Of a stretch of DNA of 64,000 bases, positions 49,909 through 60,773 are shown one piece after another (the first letter of the stretch is position 1; the number at the start of each line of letters is the position of its first letter). The stretch is from the NCBI GenBank assembly GCA_965113315.1, contig OZ220370.1; one strand, 5' to 3'. A program made the position numbers and the translations under genes. Under the pieces are notes generated by a model. It ran no database searches. It was given only the letters and a program-made list of their open reading frames with translations, and had not been told where the DNA came from. This DNA comes from Podarcis vaucheri (Eukaryota).

Positions 49909-50558
49909 GGGGGGGGTCTGGGAAAGAGGAGGACTATTCAGTTGACTAAAGAGATTTCTAGAAGCAGAAATGCTTCTCCACTTTCTGCTTAAAGCTAAAT
50001 AGCAATTATTGGTTGTTGCTCAATTGTTCACATCTGGGAACAGCACCCTAAGTAACTGAAGTAGTATTCCCCTGTCTTCGTCTGCCTTCATTTCCCACTT
50101 CCTCTGTAGTCTCACATGCATCTTTTTTCAATATTGTGAGCCCCTTTGAGTACAGACTCGCATTCTTTGTAAAGTACCATGTACATTATTTCATTTTAAA
50201 TGTGTATATTGCCCTTCACTTGTAGATCTCAGGGTGGTTCGCAGCATAAAAACACAAGCTAAAAACACGAAATCCACAATAAAAAGAATAAGAACAAAAC
50301 AAATCAGTAACACCTCACCCCCAACCCGCTTTCACAAACATCTTTAAAGGAGTATAGGATGTTAATCAGCCAAAGACTGATAATGGTGCTAAATAAATAA
50401 ATGTTAATAATGTTCTTTCTGAGTTCCTTTCTCCCATGTTTCTGTCTGCTTGTAGCTCTCCCCCTCCCCTTTATCTCCCCCTCTCTCCATCTCTTCATTA
50501 TATATATATATATATAATGTATACACATATATAATGTGTGTGTGTGTGTGTTCACACA

Positions 50559-50804
50559 CAGTGGAACCTCAGTTTTCGAGCGTCTCGGAAGCCGAACAAT
50601 TCGGAACCTGAACGCCAAAAACCTGGAAGTAATTGCTTCTGTTTTCAAACGTGCCTTGGAAGTCAAATGGCTTCTGGGGTGCATTTTTAATTTTTTCCCC
50701 ATTGACTTTGCAGCCAGCCCATTGATCCTCAGTTGTCAAACATTTCGAAAGTCAAATGGTCTTTCTTCCGGAACGGATTACATTTGGCAACCGAGGTTCC
50801 ATTG
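50559..50804. mobile_element. MITE family D-related
   Basis: CAGTGGAACCTCAGTT...AACCGAGGTTCCATTG-TA. Confidence 0.75.
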
Positions 50805-53155
50805 TATATGAGACAGTTACGGTTTCATAAGCAGTCAGTTGAAGAGATATAATCTGTAAATATATAGTCCCCAATTATATATTTGGAGAATGATCCTTCC
50901 AGACTATAGACCAGGTATAGCCAACAGGGTGTCCTCCCTATGTTGCTGTACTACAACTTCCACAAACCCATAGTTACAATTTCTCAGCCTAACTTGCCTC
51001 ACAGGGTTGTTGTGAGGATAAAATGGAGAGGAGAAGAAATCGTGTCAGCCACCTTGAACTTTTTGGACGAAAGACAGGATATAAATGTAATAATACATAA
51101 AATAATAAATAACCCTCTACCATAGGCCATGGTGTTTAGAGTCGATGGGAGTTGGAGTCCAGTAATATCTGGGGGTGGGGAGTGCCATATATTATACTCC
51201 TTTAAAGCCCATCAAATATATACAAGGATTTACACATTACACATACCACATTTATTGTAGGGTGGAGATTAATAAGTGAGAACAGGGTACATATATGTGG
51301 GGGAAATGAGGACAATGAGCCAAATGTGTCATTGTTTCTGTTGTTCTATATTTTAAATAATAAACATTCCTTCTCAGGACTTAAATGTAGTATGGAAAAG
51401 GTGGACAGCTGAAAGTTTTATAGACAAAGGAATTATGTGTACCTCTTCCAATTTCCAGAGATCCCCTCATATTTTTCTTTCATTTTTTATGTAAATGAAC
51501 AGCTATATTGAATAATAAAAATGTTCCTTCAAAGTTAAAGTTTTTGAATTCTTCTTCCCCTCCAAACTGGCCCCTCTAGGTTCTACGAATGCATTTTCGA
51601 TGGTTCCTCGATGAGATAATGAATACTAATGAAGCTTTTACTTGAAGTTCTTTTCTTAATTCCCAATACACACTCCACCATCTGCCAAGTGTGGCTTATA
51701 TTTTTAAATGATTTTTACTTTTCATAATTAATTTCCCATTAATAATACAGAATAACTAATTTGCATCTGATTAAGCAGCATTTTATTATTTATCATTGTG
51801 TGTAATTCACATTATGTAAGTCAAGCATATTCATTTTCTCAAATATTCATTTTCTCAAATATCAAATAACACAAAACCCTAATCTCCAAGCAGCAACAGA
51901 CTCCAGGGTGTCAAGCACTTACTCAGGGCACAACCTGAGTGTAAAATACCCCCCCCCCCTCTGGATATTGCTTTAGTTTACCAGGAGAGCTCCAAACCCC
52001 AGCACAGAGCAATACATGTCTTTATGTATCCAGCTTCCAGCCTGCTTTCAGCGCACTTGCACACAACTCTCACTGTTGTTCTTTTACATAGCAAGTAGGT
52101 AAGGGGAAGTGGAAGAAAGACCAACTTATAAGTTCTATGGCACAGAGCAACTTCTTTGGATATGCTAAATTGTGGCACTTAACTAGCCAGTCAAAGCCAT
52201 TACCTTGACAACGGAATTGGCTTGGCAAGCTTCAACATTACACATTCTACCCTCACAGATACAAGATCACAAGGTTTGAAAGGAGACCCAGAGTTTCATC
52301 CAGACTGCCCCCCCAAAAAAAACCTCATAACACTAAACACTAATTAAACACAACTTTATTTACCTGCATTGTCAATGCTTTAAGGACATTTCCACATGTT
52401 CCCCTCCTGTAATATCATCAACTGACAGATTAAAGAGCAAGGTAAAGGAATGCTGCAATTCTCTCTATGTGAGCTGAAAAATCAATTTGGAATTTTACGT
52501 TATCAGTCATAAACACACATATATCAAATAGCATGAAAAAAATGGGAAGATGTCAAGCTAAGATGCTACACACACCATAATACTAAAATATAATCTAAAG
52601 AATTCCAGTAGAGGGAGGCAGAACCCTAAGTCTGCCTTACCATCATGATCACTAATTTTATTTCACTAGCAGCTATTGGCCCCTTGGTCTTTACACCACT
52701 GTTGCATTTCCTGTATGCAAGTATACAGTGTCAAGCAAAAGGGAAACATTGAAGGAAAATGCTTTACAATTTAACACTAAAGTATTTAGGAACAAAATTC
52801 CAGCAGTTAATAATTAAGCATTCAAAATTCACTGTGTAGAAAAAGGAAATGAAATCCCAGTGTTGCATCACTTTCTAGTTTCTAGGATTTCCACTTTGCA
52901 TACTGCAACATGTGACTGCTTGTGTTGTGCTTGCTCCAGCAGATGGAACAAGAAGTCTGAAACAGCCCTTCAAAAGCATCCAACCATGTATTTTAATAGG
53001 AACAGATTAGCCCATAGCTTTCAGTTTTAATGCTGTGTACGGACAATTTGCCTCTGTAACTAGCAAAGTTGTATCACAATAGTTTTAATTTATAGAATGA
53101 AGGTTGGAAGGACCAAAAATACTGGAAAGACCAAAATGTTCCAATACAGGAACAT

Positions 53156-53905
53156 TGTGGTTTGAGGACCCGACCCCCGGTGAAGTGAAATGAAGACACA
53201 TGGACACGTGATATAAGGTTAATGGGCTAGAAAAGGCCACAACTTTATTGGTTACAGCAATTGAAAAGGTATTGGCTTAGGCATTGGATCGAAACAAGTG
53301 GGTTCTTCACCAGTAGGTGGAGCCTGTTGATGCTAATCCAACTATAAGCTCACCCCTGCTGTCACCGAGGGTCGTGCCAAGGCCTCCCGCCAAGCAGGCA
53401 TCGGACGGAATACACGACCCCCAGATTCCTTTAACGGAATACCCCTAAAAATTGAAGGCATAGGCGATGGCCACACCTAGCACTTCCACACAGCGCAACA
53501 CATTATTCCAATGCCTAACCTACCCACCAATACCACAAAAGTTGTGACGATTGCTACGAGGTAGGCGAAAAAACCAAAAAGCCTAATGCCAAATGGAAAA
53601 ACTCCTACCAGGCCCCCCAGCCAACCAGGGCGACCAACCTAAGTTCCATAGCAAGGCCAAAAACCTGAGCCCTAACTAAAGGGAGTGGAGGGTGGGTGAC
53701 TCGCGAGGGGCGAAGGAAGGAAGAATGAGGCCGGGGGAAGGCTGGCGCTGCAGCAAAATGCTGCTGGACACGCCCCCACCGTGACCCCCGGTTGGTTGGC
53801 CCCTGCGGGGGCGTGAGTGCCAGCCAGGTGAGCGGGCAGCAGGGGGCCACGCCCCCTGCTAGCCGGAGCTCGGGCCCCGACCACAACCCCTCCCCTCCCT
53901 TTCAG
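53156..53905 (-). mobile_element. LTR (~730 bp, TG...CA) with adjacent polypurine tract; probable 3' LTR of a truncated LTR retroelement
   Basis: Termini TGTGGT / ACCACA. On the minus strand AAAGGGAGGGGAGGGG directly precedes the TG, and AATAAA lies near the distal end (~53243-53248). CpG-rich. Confidence 0.65.
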
Positions 53906-53922
53906 GGAGGAGAGTCTTTTAG

Positions 53923-54388
53923 GTTGGGATAGCTCAGTTGGTAGAGTATGAGACTCTCAATCTCAGAGTTGTGGCCCCACAATGAGCCAAAGATTCCTGT
54001 ATTGCAGGAGGTTGGACAACCGGGGTCAGCAACCTTTTTCAGCCGTGGGCTGGTCCACCAACCCTCAGACCATGTGGTGGGCTGGACTATATTGGGGGGG
54101 GGAATGAATTAATTCTTATGCCCCACAAATAATCCAGAGATGCATTTTAAATAAAAGCACACATTCTACTCATGTAAAAACACCAGGCAGGCCCCACAAA
54201 TAATCCAGAGATGCATTTTAAATAAAGGCACACATTCTACTCATGTAAAAACACACTGATTCCCGGACCGTCTGCAGGCCTGATTGAGAAGGCGATTGGG
54301 CCGCATCCGGCCCACGGGCCTTAGGTTGCCTATCCCTGGACTAGACATTCCTTGTGGTCCCTTTCAACTCTACAAGCCTACGATTCTA
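53923..54388 (+). mobile_element. tRNA-Lys/CR1-tail SINE interrupted by a hAT MITE (~54020-54338)
   Basis: The SINE head and GTTGGAC are split by a copy of the 23419 hAT family, and the SINE resumes GACTAGAC...ACGATTCTAT. Confidence 0.8.
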
Positions 54389-56328
54389 TTTTTCTTTTTC
54401 AGCAGTGGCATTGTGGCAAACCATATCTTGGTGCCCTGCCGCATCTCCTTCTCTAACACAGACTTGAAAGTTAACTAACCTCACCCCTGTCCACAAGGTC
54501 ATTATAGACAGGTGAACCATTCCGTATTGGTTTTGTTTGATCCTGCATTGTTAAAAGTCAAAGTATTTATTGTTTTCTAAAATATTTATACCCTACTTTT
54601 CTAGCTTCTTTAGTTTCATGGTCTAATTTAGTCTTTAATGTACACCCCACTGTAGTCTTTTGTTTCATGGTGTTACAACATACTCTCATGGCCAATCTTC
54701 AATAAAATGAAAGTCAGCTTCTGTTTTGGAAATATAGTTATTTTTGTTGCAGTCTGCCATGAAACATTGCTTGATATCTTCCAGATGCCCAGGGGTGTCT
54801 GGCTGAACTCTCACGGAAGCAGAATGCTACATTCTATGAAACATGACCTGATCTGGAAAAGCAGTGATGTTGTTCTTATAGTCTTATATTATTAGATTAG
54901 GTGGGTTACTTAAATAGGAAACTAATTAATACTTGGTCCAGTAATTTTTATCATACTATGTTGAGTATCTTTGGGAGCTGAACTAGTGAGATATAAAATA
55001 ATCAATTGATCAATAAACATGAAGTTCAAACATGCAAACAAAAATGTTAAGAGACAGGGAAGAATGATTGCGTAATCCCATTACTGTGTCTTGAGGTAAA
55101 ATTCCACTTGAGGTTTTAGTTACGGTAATAGCATGTTTGCTCTGCCCACTTCCTGATAGGCCTTTCCTGTCTTTGATTCTCTGACAGGGTCCAAATTCCT
55201 GTTTCTTTTTATAGTGATGCAGAAAGCAGCAGTAAGTGCATTATCATGACCTGCTGTGCTTTTCCTTTCTTTCCTCAACATGCTGTAATTTCTCTGCTGT
55301 GTGGCAGATGGAAACGGCAATTCATGACTATATAAATAATAGTTTGTGGGTGATGAGAAAGCCACAGAACAAATGAGCTATCATTGCTCCTCTGTAATAA
55401 ACACCGTGAAGTCCACAGGCTTTTAGGTGCAGCTATGGTTATAGTAATTTAATTGACCCACTTTCCTAAGTTAAACAGCATCCATAAGCCTTCAGGAGCA
55501 ACCATCTCAGTCCTGAACCAGTGCTGGACGTTTGTGGACAATTGGATGGGGGAGAATAGACTAGGATGTGATATAGACAACATGGAGGTACGTAATACTG
55601 GTAAGGGCAATGTGTATTTTTTTCAGGGGGTACTGAAAAGGACGCAGTACTAGCACCTATTTTGGTGGTGTTGTTGTTAAATAGTGTGGCATTTATTGTA
55701 ACAACTTCATGGTGAGTACCGCCACCTATTTTTCTAGGGGGAAAAGCACTGGGTAAGGGAATGTCATGCACCTGATAGAAGCATGTACCTGAATCATGGA
55801 ATCTCTGTGATCTTGATCAACCAAAGAATCTGGGGGAGCATTGAAAACAAAGTTAATGTTGTTCTGAAGTGTATCTTCTTCCATCTTTGGCTAATAATAG
55901 TCCCCTCCCCCCTTCTCCCTGCCAAACTTTGTTACACTGGTTCATGTATCTGTATATTCCAGACTTGGTTACTACAATTCACTCTGCATGGAGTTGCTGC
56001 ACATTTCCAATGTGCTGGGATGCAGGCACATATTCAAACCAGTTTGTGCTAGTTACTCTGGTTTCCAATTTGCTTCTAGACCCAGTTTAAGGTATTGGTT
56101 TCAGCTTTCAAACGTTACACAGCCGAGGATGCGAACATCTAAAGGACCTTTTCTTCTCAAATGAGCTCACTTACTAGATGGATATTTCTGGGAACCCTGG
56201 ACTTAAAAATGTGGTATCCTACAAAGTCATTGGATTTCAAACTTTTTTCTCTGGCTACACTTTCAGAATGAAAATTTGCTCGTGCCACACTGATTTTTTT
56301 ATTATTATAGGAAATACATTTGGAAACA

Positions 56329-56329
56329 A

Positions 56330-56389
<60 letters not shown>

Positions 56390-56391
56390 AA
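56329..56391. repeat. (GAAA)n microsatellite
   Basis: Seen directly. Confidence 0.95.
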
Positions 56392-56455
56392 CTCCCAACA
56401 GTGGTTAAAAAGCTAACTATCCATATTCTGCAATAATGTTTTTTATATACTATTC

Positions 56456-56533
56456 TACTATACTATACTATACTATACTATACTATACTATACTATACTA
56501 TACTATACTATACTATACTATACTATACTATAC
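56456..56533. repeat. (TACTA)n pentanucleotide microsatellite
   Basis: Seen directly. Confidence 0.95.
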
Positions 56534-57827
56534 GTTTCAATGTTCCTTTGACTGTCCTTGAATCTTCACACTTGCCATCCTCTCCTGGCAAACCCTTTGA
56601 GAACCACTGTAGACTGTATCACAGTAGACCCCGTATTCGGGGGGAGGGGGGAATACATTCTCAAAAAAGAAAAGGAAAAGACCAGGGCATGTGGTGCAGC
56701 CTGATTTTGAATTGGCTAAAAGAAATGAAGTGAATGGGTGCAATTGTACGAAGTCATTATTCTGATGTTCTTGAAGTACGAGAACTGAGGGTGCATTCCG
56801 ACATGGAGAATATTGGGTTAGTTTTCCTGTTTATAGGGCTAGCTTTCCTTTCACACTGCAGTTGACCTGCTGCTTTATGGAACTGTGGCTTTTTGACAAG
56901 CATAACAGCATCTTGCACTAAATTTCATTCACAACAGTGGGCGTGATGTGACACAACAACAAATATCATTGGCAGTGGTGTGCGGTCAATGGACTAGGGG
57001 ACTAGGTTAGCCCCCTAAAGGGTCCAAGAGCACTCCTGCCACCTCCTCAAAGCCCACCTGGCTTTGGGAAGGTGGCAGCAGAGCTTCAGCATCCTGTCAA
57101 GTGGCCTGGTACCTCCTTCCCAAAGCCCAGGAAGCTTCTGCCCGTCTTAGGGAGGGAGGTGTGATGCTCACACATGCAATGTCTGCCCCCAACTCAGTCA
57201 GCCTTGCAAGCTGCTGCCTCTGGCCCTAACTGTTCCCCTACAAAAAAAAGTTCACCGCACACCACTGCTAATAACTTTCACTCACATATAATGCACGTAT
57301 AATATATGGGCAGCATTATCACTCTTTTTATTGCTTCATAAATAGAATATTTTGAGTATTCAGTTGAGTTTAATATTAGTAGTTTTAACAAGGCCTAGCT
57401 TTAGGACAGCATCTAAGCAAGTTAGCTTGAGGAACTGTATACTTTTGTGTAATTCTTTTCATAGAATCATTATCTGGATTGTCTCAGAGACCTAGGGTTA
57501 TTTTTGGCCTTTTTTATGTATGAATATCCAACAGCATTGTTCTTTGTTTAACACTGTATTTACATTTCTCTCAGGTTGCTAAGTCACCTGTCCTTGTGCA
57601 AATATTTTCAAAGCCTACATGATAAATGATTGCAAGGAAAAGGTAGGGGAAGGTAGTGCAATGTCTACCTCCAGCCATTTTTGTTCCTCCACTTTTTCAC
57701 ATTTCTTCCTGTCTTCTTGTACACTTAAGGCCAGGCCAAAATAACATTAGCAGCAATTTAATGGAAACAGAAACTAATTAAGAAAAGCACAAACTATCCT
57801 ACCGCTGAGTGTATTTTGTATAGGTTA

Positions 57828-58175
57828 AAAGGTAAAGGGACCCCTGACCATTAGGTCCAGTCGTGGCCGACTCTGGGGTTGCGGCGCTCATCTCGCTTTA
57901 TCGGCCGAGGGAGCCGGCGTACAGCTTCCGGGTCATGTGGCCAGCATGACTAAGCCACTTCTGGCGAACCAGAGCAGCGCACAGAAACGCTGTTTACCTT
58001 CCCGCTGGAGCAGTACCTATTTATCTACTTGTACTTTGACGTGCTTTCGAACTGCTAGGTGGGCAGGAGCAGGGACTGAGCAACGGGAATCTCTGTCACG
58101 GGGATTCGAACCACCAACCTTCTGATCGGCAAGTCCTAGGCTCTGTGGTTTAACCCACAGCGCCACCCGCGTCCC
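57828..58175 (-). mobile_element. Sauria SINE, full length
   Basis: Reverse complement of the 48852 family, including the segment missing there; TATAGGTTA on both flanks. Confidence 0.92.
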
Positions 58176-58739
58176 AGTTATAGGTTAGTGAGTGTATAGG
58201 TTAGTGAGGCCTAAAACACAAGTAATTACCGTAGGTTCTCTGTGACTCACAGCAACAGACAGGGAAGACTTGTTCTGTGAGTGGAGCTAGAACATCCAAA
58301 CGTCCCCTATAGCAGTCAGACTATCTAGCCATTGAGCACAGTATTGCCTACTCTAGCAGCAAGCAATCCAAGGTCTCAGAACCAGCTCTTTCCTGCTTTC
58401 CCCAGTCAGGTGCCCTTCAGCTCCCATCATGCCTGACCACTAACAATGCTGGCCGGACCTCATGCGAATCCAACATCTCAAGGATGCCAGCTTGGGAAAG
58501 GCTGTATGATCCTGGAGATGCCAATGATTGAATCTGGGGTTGCTTGCATGAGTTCTAACATTCAGGTTGTCTCCCTGTCCCTGTGGGTAGATAGGGAAGA
58601 AACAAATTGGCATAGATCCTATTTGCATTTGTCCTTGATGTTTTTTGTTTCAGTGTTTCCAACTTCAGGGTGAAAGTCTAATCATACACCCAAAAGTCTC
58701 GTTGAAAAAACTGAGATTTAGCAAATTGAGATTTGCCTG

Positions 58740-58741
<2 letters not shown>

Positions 58742-58799
<58 letters not shown>
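58742..58799. repeat. (TA)n, left flank of the Penelope palindrome
   Basis: Seen directly. Confidence 0.95.
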
Positions 58800-58801
<2 letters not shown>

Positions 58802-60693
58802 TTTCGTAGATTTTCACGGGTACAGGAATGCAGGTTTTGCTGTCTTCGGGTGTCTTCCCGTGTAAGAGTCGGGGTGTCTGTGCGACGTTTCGACGAGGTC
58901 TCACTCGTCATCTTCAGGCTGGTGCTTTCGGCTTCTTGTTACTGGAACAGAGCAGAGTCTGGTGTTTGAGTTCCTATAAATACTGTTGAGGGGTGTGGTG
59001 TATAGCCTCCAACGTTCTGGGCAGAGAGGAAGTTCCTAGATTAGTGTGCCTTTTCTTCTTTTGTTCCTTAATTACTTGAGGGATATCTTGGGTGATTTCA
59101 TGAGTGATATTCTGAATACCACTGGGTGGGTCATTAAGTGTAGATTAGTTGCTAAAGCTTTCGTGTCTTGACCTCTTGAGCTTGTGAAGAGTTTTTCTGA
59201 GAAGATGGCTGTGCTGCATTTAGTTGTGCTCTGGCTTGGCTTCGTGTATAGGGGCGAGCTGTGGTTTTGTGCCTTGTGCCAGCCAGATCTGTGTAGGGAT
59301 TGCAGGGGGGTGCAGCATCCGGAGGTGCCACTATAGTTTGGCTACTGGATGGAGTCTGTAATATGTCTGTGGAGAGGGTCTGGGTTTGGGTCTGGTATGG
59401 TTGATTGGTGACGGCGTTCTGTGTGCCTCTGGTTCTGGTGTCGGTTTTTGTGGGGAGGGCTAATTTCCAGATGTCTGGCAGGCGGGACGTGTCGTCACGC
59501 TTGTTCATGTTGTGAGGGTGCTTCTCTATCTCGATGGCTTCCATGATTATTCTCTTGTGGTGATGTTCCATGTTAAAGAGCAATTTGGAATCTGCAAAAT
59601 TAATTTCGTGTCCTGTTTCTTTCATGTGTTGGAAAAGAGAGGAAGTTTTTTCTTCTTTTTTGACGGCATTCTTGTGTTCTGCGATACGTGCATTTATTCG
59701 TCCCCAACCAAAAAATAGCCAATATCCTCAGAAACCCAAAAGACAAAATCCAGCTGGAAAACCAAGGGGTCTATGAAATACCCTGCAAAGTCTGCCCAGC
59801 CACGTACATTGGACAAACAAACAGACGAATAAATGCACGTATCGCAGAACACAAGAATGCCGTCAAAAAAGAAGAAAAAACTTCCTCTCTTTTCCAACAC
59901 ATGAAAGAAACAGGACACGAAATTAATTTTGCAGATTCCAAATTGCTCTTTAACATGGAACATCACCACAAGAGAATAATCATGGAAGCCATCGAGATAG
60001 AGAAACACCCTCACAACATGAACAAGCGTGACGACACGTCCCGCCTGCCAGACATCTGGAAATTAGCCCTCCCCACAAAAACCGACACCAGAACCAGAGG
60101 CACACAGAACGCCGTCACCAATCAACCATACCAGACCCAAACCCAGACCCTCTCCACAGACATATTACAGACTCCATCCAGTAGCCAAACTATAGTGGCA
60201 CCTCCGGATGCTGCACCCCCCTGCAATCCCTACACAGATCTGGCTGGCACAAGGCACAAAACCACAGCTCGCCCCTATACACGAAGCCAAGCCAGAGCAC
60301 AACTAAATGCAGCACAGCCATCTTCTCAGAAAAACTCTTCACAAGCTCAAGAGGTCAAGACACGAAAGCTTTAGCAACTAATCTACACTTAATGACCCAC
60401 CCAGTGGTATTCAGAATATCACTCATGAAATCACCCAAGATATCCCTCAAGTAATTAAGGAACAAAAGAAGAAAAGGCACACTAATCTAGGAACTTCCTC
60501 TCTGCCCAGAACGTTGGAGGCTATACACCACACCCCTCAACAGTATTTATAGGAACTCAAACACCAGACTCTGCTCTGTTCCAGTAACAAGAAGCCGAAA
60601 GCACCAGCCTGAAGATGACGAGTGAGACCTCGTCGAAACGTCGCACAGACACCCCGACTCTTACACGGGAAGACACCCGAAGACACCAAAACC

Positions 60694-60698
<5 letters not shown>
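58797..60698. mobile_element. Penelope-like retroelement: two 5'-truncated copies head-to-head forming an inverted repeat
   Basis: ORF 59688..60374 encodes a GIY-YIG endonuclease (GVYEIPCKVCPATYIGQT...R..EH...H...EAIEI...N). 58828-59702 is the reverse complement of 59824-60698. (TA)n on both flanks. Confidence 0.93.
60609..60642 (+). ncRNA. Minimal hammerhead-ribozyme-like core in the Penelope pseudo-LTR (mirror copy at 58884-58917, minus strand)
   Basis: CTGAAGA-T-[GACGAG TGAGAC CTCGTC]-GAAA-CGTC: CUGANGA, a 6-bp stem II, GAAA and palindromic ACGT. Stem I is only ~2 bp. Confidence 0.55.
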
Positions 60699-60746
<48 letters not shown>

Positions 60747-60773
60747 GCACGCGCACACACACACACACACACA
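60697..60773. repeat. (TA)n then (CA)n, right flank of the Penelope palindrome
   Basis: Seen directly. Confidence 0.95.

Noticed and set aside
59688-60374. Host GIY-YIG nuclease gene or domesticated gene
   Set aside because: The start Met comes from the inverted arm at the junction. It is a 5'-truncated Penelope ORF without RT, promoter or introns.
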